Shown: positions 9,633 through 21,338 of the stretch, piece after piece
How positions within the stretch are numbered: position 1 is the stretch's first letter
Layout of the letters: every line of letters starts with the position of its first letter
NCBI GenBank assembly: GCA_977018835.1
Contig: OZ361259.1
Location: forward strand, 1-64,000
Length of the DNA: 64,000 nucleotides
Reading direction: 5' to 3'
Source: Minutocellus sp. GHC0000111
Lineage: Eukaryota
Translations under genes and position numbers: made by a program
Notes under the pieces: generated by a model
The model's input: only the letters and a program-made list of their open reading frames with translations
Databases searched by the model: none
What the model was told of the DNA's origin: nothing

Positions 9633-12600
9633 GCGGGAGGGACGGTGGATATTAATCAGCATAAAATAGAGGATGGTATATCTGAATCCACCTCCTCCCC
9701 GCCTTCGTTAGCTTTTCTTACGTCAAAAAGCAAACCTCCAACTCAAGAGCCAATCGTCCTCGCAGCAGATACTGGAACGACGGGACATTTTGTCCAGAAG
9801 CCCCAATACCTATCGTACGATGGCCCTATTTTCAACGTCCAACAGACAGCAATTCCTATCAGCGTCACCCTTCCGGATAATAGCACAATGACGAACACCC
9901 ACGAGGCCACGCTTCGCCTCCCTGGGGTTTCCCCATCGGCTAGCAAGGCCTATATTTTCAATAATATGGCATCATCGCTCCTATCGATTGGGCAGCTGTG
10001 TGACGATGGATGTATTGCCACTTTCGATAAGGATTCGGTAGTCATCGCCAAGGACAACACCGTCATTTTGCAAGGTAAACGAGACCCCTCAACGAAATTG
10101 TGGATGGTAGATCTTAATTGCTCGCCCACCATGTCGCCGCTCCCCGGCCCCAACGTCATCCAATATGCTGCCAACGCCGCAATTGCCCAGGAGACGGTTC
10201 CGGAACGTGTAGCCTTTTTACATTGGTGCGCTGGCAGTCCTCAGCTATCTACCTGGTGCAAAGCAATCGATGCGGGATTTTATAGATCTTGGCCAGGCCT
10301 CACATCAAAGCTTGTACGTAAGCACATGCCACAGTCGATACCGATGATTAAAGGTCACTTAGACCAGCAGCGCAAGAACATCAGGTCGACCAAGCCCAAA
10401 CGGTCGATGGCTACGCCAAAATCTCTCCCTGGGGTGGACGAAACCGAGCAGGATCTCCACCCGGCACAACACCAACAGCGCACCAACTATGTCTTTGCTG
10501 ATTGTCATGACATAACGGGCCAGATCTTCTCAGATCAGCCCGGCCGTTTCTTGGTATCGTCTATTTCTGGCCACCAGTACATAATGGTCGTCTATGACTA
10601 TGACTCCAACAGCATCTTGGCCGAACCAATGAAAAGCCGATCGGGAACGGAAATGCGCCGAGCGTACCAAACTATTTTCGAATACCTCTCCAAGCGAGGA
10701 TTTCGCCCAAAATTGCAACGATTGGATAATGAAGTGAGTCGAGAGCTGAAGGAGTTCATGGAAGAAAAGGATGTAGATATTCAATTGACCCCAACGCACT
10801 CCCACCGCCGAAATGCGGCCGAACGAGCCATTCGAACCTTTAAGAATCATTTCATTGCGATTCTCTGTGGTACCGATCCCGACTTTCCCCTCATCTTGTG
10901 GGATAAATTGCTGGAGCAGGCGGTAATGACCCTCAATTTCCTGAGAGCATCCCGAGTCAACCCTCGACTATCAGCGTACGAGCAACTCAATGGCGGCTTT
11001 GATTTCAATCGCACGCCTCTCGGCCCCCTCGGATGCAAGGTCATCTTTCACGAGATGCCCTCGGCACGCGGCTCTTGGTCCCCGCATGGCGTTGATGGGT
11101 GCTGTGTCGGTCCAGCCATGGAACACTACCGGTGTTGCAAGGTTTGGATTGAGGAAACTCGGGCGGAACGCACTGGTAACACACTCGTCTGGCTCCCCAA
11201 AATGATTCCGGCACCCAAAACGTCGTCGGCCGATGCAGCAATGGTCGCAGCTCATGAACTCCTGCACGCTCTACAGAATCCACATCCAGCGGCACCCCTT
11301 GCTCCCCTTCGAGACGAGCATCGTCAAGCTTTAGAAAAGCTCTCCGAGATTTTCAACAGCGTGACCCCAGCAGAATCTGCCACCTCCGCCTCTGATGAGA
11401 CGATGCAGACAACCGCAGCTCCGAGGGTGCTGGAGAACGATGACAACTCCCAACGATTCCGCCTCGGTACCATCGTCGCCAAAGTGTTTGGAGATCGCAA
11501 TTACAAGGGTAGAGTCGTTGCATTTGACAAGAAGAATAAGTACTACAAAATCAAATACGAGGACGACGACGTAGAAGAGATGAACGAGACTGAAGTAGGC
11601 CGTCACCTTGTCTCCAACCCCAACACTCCGTTACCTCAGCCCCAGCAACCTCCGAGGGTGGCAAAATCCTCCACATATGATGCAGCCACCACTAAAAGCC
11701 GTCGATCACGTCGATCCAACGCGCCACCTCGCTCGTCAGTTTCTTCCAACTACTACAATCCTTTGGCTGCAGTAGACGAGCCCAACGGCGACGATGATGA
11801 TAATCATGACGACGATGCAACCGTCGTAACATCCAATCAAAGTTCCAATGCCCCCACCTCCCGTCGGCAACGTAAACGCAAGTCTCCAACGATCGATACC
11901 ACTCCAACATTACCAGCTCCAGCAAAATCGACAAGCAAGTCCAAACCATCGACCGCCAAACCACCTCGACGACGATCATACCGTCAGCGAGGGTACATTC
12001 CACATCGGAACCCTCCCCCACGGCCATCATCTCGTCGTAGTACCCACCACGTGGCCAACATGGCAGCTTTCTCGCCTTTACCAAACCTCCAACACTTTGC
12101 TAACGCCGTCGTCCATCCCGATACTGGTGCAATGCTTGAATACCGCGACCTCCTCAAAACGAACATGAGGGACCAATTCATTCAAGCAAACATCGATGAA
12201 ATTGGACGGCGAACGGACGGCCGAGTTTGAAACAGTGCTAGCTAGCATTCCCTCCAATACAATGGCTTTCGTCCACTGGTCCGAACTGCCTCGGGGGAAA
12301 AAAGCCACATACCTCCGCATTGTCGCCGACTATCGCTCCCATAAACCAAATCCCAATCGAGTTCGATGGACTGCAGGAGGCGACAAAATTCATTACCCTG
12401 GTACAGTCTCGACCCCGACCGCTGAAATGTTGACTGCAAAGTTACTTTTCAACAGCGTCATCTCTACAGACAACGCTCGTTTCATGGGAATTGATATCAG
12501 TGACTTCTATCTCAATAGCAACATGCCAGAGCCAGAATGGATGTGGGCGCCAGTAGCTCTCATCCCCGACGAAGTCATGGAAGCCTACGACCTCCACGAC

Positions 12601-13824
12601 AAAGTAAAGAATGGTCGAGTATTGGTCAGAATCGATGGCGGAATGTATGGATTACCCCAGGCAGGGCGCCTAGCCTACGATCAACTTGTCAAGCATCTCA
12701 AACCCCATGGCTATTTCCCTTGCAAGCGTACTGCCGGCCTTTGGAGGCACAAAACCCGCCCAATTACCTTTTGCCTAACCGTTGACGATTTTGGAGTAAA
12801 GTATGTCGGGAAAGAGCATGCAGACCATCTCATTCAGGCCCTCAACTCCAAGTATACGATCACTACCGATTGGGAAGGCCGACTTTATTGTGGTATTCAA
12901 CTCGAGTGGAACTACGAGGCCAAATGGGTGGATCTATCTATGCCTAACTACGTCAAGGAGATGCGCCACAAGTTCCAACACGACCGCCCCTCACGGCCCG
13001 AGCATGCGCCATATCGATGGAATCGTCCGACGTATGGCCCGGGACCCCAGCTGCCAGAACCGGAAGACGACTCACCACCACTCGACGCCAAAGGCATCAA
13101 CGAAATTCAACAGGTGGTGGGCAGCTCCTTGTACTATGGTCGAGCAATTGATTCAACAATTTTACCGGCGCTCAATAGCATCTCAGCGGAACAATCCAAA
13201 GCTACCGAGCGCACTCGACAAGATGCCAAGAAGCTTCTAGATTACCTTGCAACCCATCCCGACGCAGTCATTCGATGCGTCAAGTCAGACATGATCCTAC
13301 ATGCACATAGCGACGCCTCCTACTTATCAGCCCCGAAATCAAGAAGCAAGCTCGGAGGGTACTTCTACCTAAGCTCCCGACCTAAGCACCCGCACCGCCA
13401 GCCTGACTCAAGTGATCCCATGCCACCAATGAATGGAGCCATCCTCGTCAATGCCAATGTCATCAAGCATGTAATGTCCTCAGCCGCTGAAGCCGAATTG
13501 GGAGGATGATTATTTTTCAACATGAAAATGCAGTACCAATCCGGGCAGCACTAGAAGAAATGGGTCACCCGCAGCCCCCTACTGCTATCGTCGTTGACAA
13601 CTCTACAGCATCTGGAATCGCCAATGAAACCGTCAAGCAAAGACGGTCTAAGGCTGTGGACATGAGATTCTACTGGGTCCAAGATCGCACAGAGCAACGA
13701 CAATTCCAGGTGCACTGGCTGGCGGAAAGGAGCGCAAAATTTGGCCGATTATTTTACAAAGCACCATCCCGCCCGCTACCATGTCGACATGCAACCAGTC
13801 TACTTACATGTAGATTCCAATTAG
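9633..13824 (+). pseudogene. pol: pol (protease, integrase + Tudor-like domain, RT, RNase H), frameshifted near 12230, 13510-13530 and 13730
   Basis: PR: ADTGTTGHF, SLLSIGQLCDDG. IN: SDQPGRF, LDNE, NAAERAIRTFKNHF. RT: DISDFYL, GMYGLPQAG, TVDDFGVKY. RH: HSDASYLS, SAAEAELG, VDNSTA, RSKAVDMRFYW, LADYFTKHH. Confidence 0.93.
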
Positions 13825-13861
13825 GACTCTACATGTAGATTCAATGGCACTAGTCATTGAT

Positions 13862-13872
13862 CTGCGAGGGTG
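13862..13872 (+). other. PPT-position motif CTGCGAGGGTG
   Basis: Lies immediately 5' of the 3' LTR and has a purine-rich GAGGG core. Confidence 0.7.
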
Positions 13873-14068
13873 TGTTGATACCGTGGGATACGTACGTACA
13901 TATACATACGTACGGTACGATCGGTGATCAGACCACTGACTCAGTGCCCTCTCCTGACCGTTGATCCATGGGCCAACGACATCTCCGATGGCCCATTTTT
14001 CATCTACGTAGGTCCTATTAACCTCTACTAGCTATATCTATCTAGCTTAGCTTTAGGACCTCTTAGCA
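13873..14068 (+). repeat. 3' LTR
   Basis: TGTTGATACC...CTCTTAGCA, followed by the TSD AAAAG. Confidence 0.95.
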
Positions 14069-14390
14069 AAAAGTATCGAAATCGTGGAAGCGGCCATGGA
14101 AGAGCAGGAGTTACATGCCGTGCGCGCCCACATTGCTTTTGACACCGGTAGCTATGCGAAAGGCCAAACAAGAATCAAGCAAAAATCGCAACCGCAAACG
14201 AAGAGGAAAGACAAGCAAAAAGGACAAAAGGTCCCAAGAATCTCGCACCAAGCGCAAATAGGCCCACATGGCCATCCATGCTACACACACAATGCAACAC
14301 AACACCACCACAAGCCACCTGCTACACCAACTCCACAAGCAAACAACACGACAACAAATCAACAACACCAAACCTACTCTTTTATTCCAG

Positions 14391-14631
14391 GCATAGACAT
14401 GTTGGAGAGGCCCCACGGATCCAGGAGCCTCCATGCCTTAGCCGCTGCCTGGGTACAAAACATGTCGCAGATCTGCTGCCTGATTTGGCCATTCCCTCTG
14501 CCATTGCCCGTTGCGATGAGCTTGCTAAGTTGGACTTAATCTATGCGTTCGTCAAGCAAATGAATGATGCAATGGTGCAACGAATCGACACAGCAGGTGG
14601 AGGAAAGAGAAAGGTAGAGGGGATTGGCTAG
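14391..14631 (+). pseudogene. Possible 3' exon remnant related to the C-terminus of the local LRR family
   Basis: Follows a possible acceptor (TTTTATTCCAG). DLLPDLAIPSAIARCDELAKLDLIYAFVKQM loosely resembles KDISGAILANAFVRTESIAGLDGVFRLLRQV at the end of 3749-5782. Confidence 0.3.
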
Positions 14632-14702
14632 TTACGACATTACATGTGTGCCATTTTTTTCAAATGTGTTTGCTAGTTACTTACGGCACATGGGAAGGTT
14701 TA

Positions 14703-15306
14703 CAGTCCGTCCCCAGCAATGAGCACATTGAGGCAAATGCTAAGCCCTCAATATGCTTATTTCTAATGAAATCTGAGCCCTGAGATAAGCATATTTTTGC
14801 TTATTTTTCTTCGGCTTTGGGGTCCCGAGACCCCTCTCTGGAGTCACGACGAGACAGCAAGTTGCCGGGGGTCTGCAGGCAATTTTGCTACACAGTCTGT
14901 CTGCACGGCATTGAGCCAAGCCCCACATGTTATGCACGGCCTAAGGTCAGTTGTTCTGCTACTTGTAGTGCCAGCACTGGCAACGGGAGTGGGGGCGAGG
15001 AGTGGGGGCAAGTCATCGTGTCGATGTCTCGGTGAAAAATCATGCGAATGAATCAAAATTCGACGGGCGCGGATTTTTCGCGCGCGCTGCGGCTTTCTTT
15101 CTCTATTCCATACCTGTCATGACAGGTTTCTTAATTTGCACAGTTAGAAAAGGAAAATTTTGACGAATCCACCTCACAAATTAGCTGTTGCCATGCACCC
15201 CAAATAAGCATATCTCCCAAATCTAAGCCCTCAATATGCTTATTTTATCTGAAATCTAAGCCCTGAGAAAAGCATATTGAATGTGCTTATTGCTGGGGAC
15301 GGACTG
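14703..15306. mobile_element. Tc1/mariner-type MITE, 604 bp
   Basis: 27-bp TIRs CAGTCCGTCCCCAGCAAT(G/A)AGCACATT at 14703-14729 and 15280-15306 (1 mismatch), flanked by TA on both sides. Subterminal repeats TAAGCCCTCAATATGCTTATTT. No transposase ORF. Confidence 0.92.
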
Positions 15307-15365
15307 TATATGAATTTAGTATGTATACAGGACTGCGGGAAGTTTATTGCAAAAAGGGCTGTCAC

Positions 15366-18300
15366 CTATGCAACAGAACCGTCAGAAACGGAGAATGGAG
15401 TGTTTTCACTGAGTGCATCAGTTGCGGCGTCATCTTCCCCGACCTCGCTGCCGTTGCCTGCCGCGTCTTTGGTTGCTGTTTTGACCCAGAGAGGCCATGC
15501 CTTTGTACCCAATGTAGGAAGGCTCTTTGTAGCCAAAGCCACGGAACCTGTTGCAAAAGCACCAGCTACAGCAGCTCCAGCAATTCTCGCAGCACCCATA
15601 CCAGGCTTTCTGTCTTCTTTAATTCTGGCCAAAATAACTTCGATGGAAAATTCCGACTCGGCCTCAGTCTCAGCATCGAAGTCTTCGGCATCACGCCGGT
15701 GACCATCGTTCTTTTTAGGGTAGGCAAAGGCAACTGATGTTTCGTGTAGGTCACGTTCACGGCGAGACCCTGCGACAAATTCATATACGACAGTTCCAGA
15801 GCAGTCAACTGGGAGCTCTCTAGGTCCAAAGAAACTGCCTAGAAGCCGGGAAGTGACGGTAAGCATACGATCATCGGCGGTGTAGCTCGAGCCGTCGGTT
15901 GGTTTCTCGTTCTTGGTTTGAACGGTGGTGAACTGGCCCTCGACGCCCTGTCGTGTAAAGTTGGCGATGGGCTGCATCGATACGCTGTTCTGGCTGCAAG
16001 TAAATGATTTGATGTCGGTCATCTGAACGTAGTCTGGAGGGAGAGCAATGTCATTTTCGGCATCCGACTCGAATCGAATGCAGATCTTGAGGAGGTCGTC
16101 CGGCGAAAGGACGGAAGTCTCTGAGTCCAGACATGTGCCGCTCTCGTCGCATCGGCATGCAGCGAGAGGGTAATCGATATCAGCTGTCTGTGTGGTTTCC
16201 AAAGAATCAGAGCGCTTGATCTTCGAGCCAATGACGCTGAAATCCTGCTCCGTGTCCAATAAAATCGAGTTCTTCACTGTCTTGAAGGTGACAACTTCGG
16301 CAGTAATTTCATCTGAAGAATGATACAGAGACAAGGAGGGGCAAATGTGTGGTAAATTTGTGCATGTAAGCGATAAGATTGTTGCAACAACGAAATATAG
16401 TGAAGAAAACCTCAAGCGCCTCGACCTCCAAACTTTTATACAACATACCGTTTACATCGGTATAGGAAAGCACAGAAAATTTTAGGCAGAAGCTAAGGCT
16501 AGCCACGCCGTTTGGCTCGTCTATCCATGTTTCTGTTCCAACCAAGTTGTCAGTGTCAAAATCGAGGCCAACAGTGAAGGGGATGGGCCCAGTGGCTTCA
16601 TCGTCGTCCTCAATCGTAACGGGGATGAGGCCTTCAAGGGCGTCGACGCATACGGCATCCATTATCTCGACATCGACCAGCTTTGAAAAGCCACGGAGTG
16701 TATTGATATCGTAGAGGTCCTTATCGATGGCAAAGACCAAGTCAAGGTGAGGATCTCCATCTACTGTGCTGACGGCTGCTGAATCTTCAACATAAGTCGG
16801 TTCCCACATTTCGGGCGGCAAGATTACGCAACCCTTGTCATCCAGCAACACATTGTTGTTTGCATCTTGGGCCATTTCTAGCTCCAGTGCCGTTGTGCCG
16901 GGACAGAGATCGGCCCCATCATAAATAAGATCATTGTCAGAGTCAAAAGGGCAGCCAGGACTAGGGGCAGGCAGCATTGTACCGTCGGTACCAAAGAGAT
17001 CGGGGTGAGAGGTAGCGTATTCGCCCGGGGTCGCATACACAGTAGCGCCGAGTGGGGTATCATCGGGACAAAAGTCGCGCTCAACATTGCAGCAGACATC
17101 CAAGTTTTCTATCGTAGTGATCTCGGTGGTAGAATGGCACTTCGGATCAGAATTCGTGGAAACGCAATCCTTGAATATGGAAGATTATAGATAGAGAGAG
17201 CGGAGCAGGCATAAAAGGAAACAACTTCTTCAAGTTAGGGCTTGTGGTGATAATAAGAGAAGACGAAATGACAAAGACCAAACAGCCATACATATATGCA
17301 ATGCAACAATCCAAACAAGCTGGATGCGGCATACCTTCACACCATCACCGTCCGAGTCAACTGGACAACCATCGCCGTGTATGAAGCCCCCCTCGGTAGG
17401 ACATTCATCTCTGTAATCTGGTATGCCATCATTGTCCGTGTCGAAAGGGCAAAAGTCAGCTGGAATAGTGATGGCGCCCTCGTTCAGGCAGGTAATGGCG
17501 TCATACACTTGCATCTGGTTGACGTTGGAACCAACGAGGATCTTCGTTCCATCGGTCGAGATATCAACGGAATCGCCAAAATTTGTATCGTTGGCGGTGT
17601 CGACGTTGATCTTTGTTTTCCTCTTCCACTGGGGTGTTGATCCAGTGACCCTGAGCTGGTATAACTGATAGGAAACTCGTTCGCTGCCAACGGCGAGGAC
17701 AGTCCCATCTTTGGAGAGCTGCATGGTGCGACCAAGCCCATCGTTGGAGTTGGGACCATTGATGGTATTGCCAATCTGATACCAGCCAACGGAACAAAAC
17801 TTGTAGACTCTGACGCGGCCAGGATTGGTGCGCCTGTCATCAGCCCGGGCGGAGCCAAGAGCAACGATGGGAGCTCCATCGGATGAGACAGAAATGTCGG
17901 CAATAAGGGTCGATGCGCCATCCTTAGGGTCGATGCGCCATCCACTGTAGATAGTTGGACCCTCTTGGACCCAATCTCCCCCGAATCCACTTGTCAAGTC
18001 GTACTTGTATACACGGACATTGCCACTGTTCGAATCTCCCTCGCTTCCCTTTCCAATCACAGCGATATATAGATCATTGCCGTTCTGGGCCATAGTCAGG
18101 GCTCCTGGTCTGTCCAATTCGTTGAAGGCAATGCGATCGTTGACGGCACCGACAATTTCATTGGTACCGAGTTGTGTCCAGCCGCCAGCATTCTTCTTGT
18201 AGGCTCTAACGATTCCGATTTCGTTGTTGTCGTCATCAGTGTGCGACGGATCCGCCGTGGCAATGATTTGTCCGTCGTCGCTAATGACGACAGAACCACC

Positions 18301-18813
18301 TCCGCCCTGCAATCCTGTCAGGACGCTGCTGGAACCATACGTTGTGCCGCCATCGGTGCTGCTGTAAGCGTTCGTTCAGGCGAATCCACCGGTTGTGTAG
18401 ACTTGAATAGCAATGTCGTTGCCGTCCTCCGAGATGTCTACAGCCGCCGAAACGAAGGTGCCACTTGTGTCTATCGCGTTACTGAATGTTTGACTATCAT
18501 CTGCGATGTTGTAGACATACAGTGAGTACACGTCGCCGTCTCTGCCGATGTGCGCAATAGTGCTGCCGTCGCCGCTAATGGCGGGGGAGATGCCGGTTGC
18601 AGATCCATCGCCCGCGTAGTCCGTGAGGCCGTTCACGGGGCCGATCGCCAGGACCTCTTCGGAGCAGGTTGAATCGGCGGACAATCGGCGCAGGGATCTG
18701 GTTTCTGATCCCGCTGCTGTTGCTGCTACTGTCTCGGCTGATACTGATACGAAGAATACGTTAAGTATCATAACCCCGATGAGGAGAGGCGGTAAAGAAA
18801 CTCTAACAGTCAT
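15366..18813 (-). pseudogene. Large secreted/surface protein with FG-GAP-like propeller repeats and TSP3-like Ca-binding repeats; one in-frame TGA
   Basis: Signal peptide MTVRVSLPPLLIGVMILNVFFVSVSA. Repeats FGDSVDISTDG, LGRTMQLSKDG and GRVRVY, plus DTDNDGIPDYRDECP and DSDNDLIYDGADLCP. Introns 17170-17334 and 16313-16448 keep the frame. TGA at 18376-18378 is in frame with the downstream ORF. Confidence 0.7.
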
Positions 18814-19811
18814 GGTGAGGAAAATTTGTGCTGTGCTCGGAACGGTGGGCGGCTTGCGAGCTTCGTTTATCGATTCACCCTGATGTATTAGTGGCAAAGG
18901 ATCGAGAGATCGAGATAAGAAGTAGGACACATGTGTCTGAAGAGTGAGATGCAGATTTTAGAAGTTTGCCGATAGTGAAGCGGCTGATCGAGGCGGGAGG
19001 TCTTCGGTTGAGAGGAGGGGCCATTCAAAAGCACAAGAAAGATGACCCTTGCCGTCGAGCTGAACAATCGTCAGAGGACAAGACAGCCCAGAAGAAGTTA
19101 AGTTGCGGAACGTTTAGCGGGAGACAACCATCATCCTTGGGACTACCTGACCTACCCACGGCCGTTGTATCACTTACCTTTCAAGAGAATCGACTGGAGT
19201 CAAGGTTATGCTGAGCAAATGTGTGTGCCGTCCTACTTTATGATAGCTAAAGCGGTAGTGTGCAAAAGTGTGTGGTCTCGTCTCACTCTTTGTCTTCAAA
19301 TGTCGAAAGTCAGACAGTGAAGTTGAGACGGTCGGGAATGATAAATTCTAAATGACGTCAAATCGATAATATGGGAATAAAATAATAATGTCATCGCTGT
19401 TCTCGTTACGTTTCAATTTTGTGTACGGAAACCCAGGACAGAAACTCGCAAAAACCACGAGTCCAAGCAAGCAAAATGCAAGCACCCGACACACCAAGAC
19501 CCACTGCCTCCTGTGTGCATGTTACTTTATCGTAGTTACTACGGTACTTTCACATGCTTCAACACTTGTCACATCTATGCTCTGTAAACGTTTATCGAAT
19601 TGTCACGTTGAAGAGATAGGACCATGTGCATGTACCTAGGTACCGGTACATGTACCATGGTACATGTAGAAATTTTTTTCTATGGAGGTATTTTACTATC
19701 TTTATACCTGTTAAGTGTGGCGATGGGTTTGAGATCACACTTGTTTCAAACATTCATAACACTTAATGTCCATTATGCGATACCCTGCTATTACACGATA
19801 CAAATAGACTT

Positions 19812-21338
19812 TTACACGCGATGCATGATCACTTCAGGCCTCTTGCGTAGTAGAAGAAAAGACGTAGCAAATGCATCTTGATCCTCGTTTCTGCTGTTCG
19901 TTCCAATAGCATTCTTGACATGTTTCGTAGACGCTGCAGCCATCATGAAGGGCAACAAACCTGTCTGAGGATCGCGCCTACACAAGCCTTCCGGGTGGGC
20001 ATCGAATAGAATTTTGATGCCAGAATTCCAGGTCTTGCCGCTGCGAAGGGCATGGTGAAGAGGCAGACGACCATTTCGATCCATTGTCGCAGCTGCGCTG
20101 GGATAAATTGCACAAAGAATGTCCAAGACGGATACCAGATTCAGACACAACGGTACTTTATCCACCGCGTGGCCACCCAGAGCATGATCTGGTGGGACAT
20201 TTTCGACATTTGCTTTGCTTCCCGTTGAAATATCTGCCATTGAAATTGTCTGGGGGAAGGGTAGATACTTGGTAGTATACGGATCTGCGCCCGCAGCGTG
20301 GTGCAAAGGAAGCATACCAGCTTCTTCGTCGGCATCGGACAATTGTGAACGAAATTTGCAGCTTGCCAGCGCCATACGAATCAGAAGCGACGGGCAGCGA
20401 GGTATTGCTGCAATGTGATGAAGCTCGACCTGATCCTCCACCATTTCTACATCCAAAATACTGCTATCTTCAGCAGTGCTCTCGCCCTTGGATTGACGTT
20501 CGGTATTGGCATGAAGGACTGACCGGAGCATAATGATGGAGTACTTCCAATATTCGTCTCTCCCTATGATGGTTTGCCACGTTGGGAGCGATTCGGCGCA
20601 GTTATCAATAAAGGCAATGGGGTGATCACCCAGTTCCATGCGCCGGGCCCAATTGAATTGAAGTACATTCTTCCATAGTAAGCTAAAGGCATTATCACCA
20701 TTCATATCATCTCGGATGGCAGCTGTAGAATCGGCATCGAGCAGAGTCGTCAGAAGATCTCGACGGACAGTCGTGTGCATTCCACACACAACGTGCAACG
20801 GCAGTGTGCCAGATGCCATGGGAACGGACGCCAACGAGCGAACCTCGTGCGGCAGTAGACGCCCCTGTCGAACCAGCCGGTGCTGCTCGTCGTCGTAGGC
20901 TTGGAGAAGGATCTTGGTCGTCTCCTCGACATACCGCGAATTGCGACACACGGCAATGTGAAGTGCGGTCGCTCCGGCGTTGGTCTGACCACCAATCTTG
21001 GGCGGATCGACGCAGAGCATGGTGTGCGGTGGACGAGATTGCTGGTAGTGATTGGAACCTGTGATGTCGACCAGCTGCCGATGGTGGGACATGTGACTTA
21101 GAAAGTCTTCCACGACGTGACCAGGACAGTGCATGGCAACCAATCGATGGAGACTGGAGGTGCCGAAACGATGTTCGACGCCGTGCTTGTCGAAGAAGTA
21201 GTACGGGATGTAGCCCTGATATCCATCGGAAGTTTTGCAGTAGAACAGACTGTCGATGGTAAAGTCACCGTTGGTTCCGTGATGGTCCGAGGCGATGTGC
21301 CGGAGGATACGGTTGAGCTCGGCCGCTGATTGATTCAT
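19812..21338 (-). CDS. Ankyrin-like repeat protein
   Basis: Repeats GATALHIAV, GTLPLHVVC, GMLPLHHAA, GRLPLHHAL and TGLLPFMMAA in a 508-aa ORF. Confidence 0.8.
   Translation of the reverse strand: MNQSAAELNRILRHIASDHHGTNGDFTIDSLFYCKTSDGYQGYIPYYFFDKHGVEHRFGTSSLHRLVAMHCPGHVVEDFLSHMSHHRQLVDITGSNHYQQSRPPHTMLCVDPPKIGGQTNAGATALHIAVCRNSRYVEETTKILLQAYDDEQHRLVRQGRLLPHEVRSLASVPMASGTLPLHVVCGMHTTVRRDLLTTLLDADSTAAIRDDMNGDNAFSLLWKNVLQFNWARRMELGDHPIAFIDNCAESLPTWQTIIGRDEYWKYSIIMLRSVLHANTERQSKGESTAEDSSILDVEMVEDQVELHHIAAIPRCPSLLIRMALASCKFRSQLSDADEEAGMLPLHHAAGADPYTTKYLPFPQTISMADISTGSKANVENVPPDHALGGHAVDKVPLCLNLVSVLDILCAIYPSAAATMDRNGRLPLHHALRSGKTWNSGIKILFDAHPEGLCRRDPQTGLLPFMMAAASTKHVKNAIGTNSRNEDQDAFATSFLLLRKRPEVIMHRV

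Larger units (their letters stand above)
7849..14068 (+). mobile_element. Full-length Ty1/copia (CoDi-like) LTR retrotransposon, degenerate
   Basis: Two 196-bp TG..CA LTRs and a 5-bp TSD AAAAG (7844-7848, 14069-14073). Domain order is gag-PR-IN-RT-RH. Confidence 0.97.

Noticed and set aside
14084..14539. 151-aa ORF next to the 3' LTR as a possible env-like gene
   Set aside because: It lies outside the LTR and TSD, is low-complexity, and has no signal or TM pattern.
19623..19670. Cluster of short palindromes (CATG, GTAC, CCTAGG)
   Set aside because: Low-complexity intergenic tract with no TIR/TSD or longer structure, so no function can be supported.
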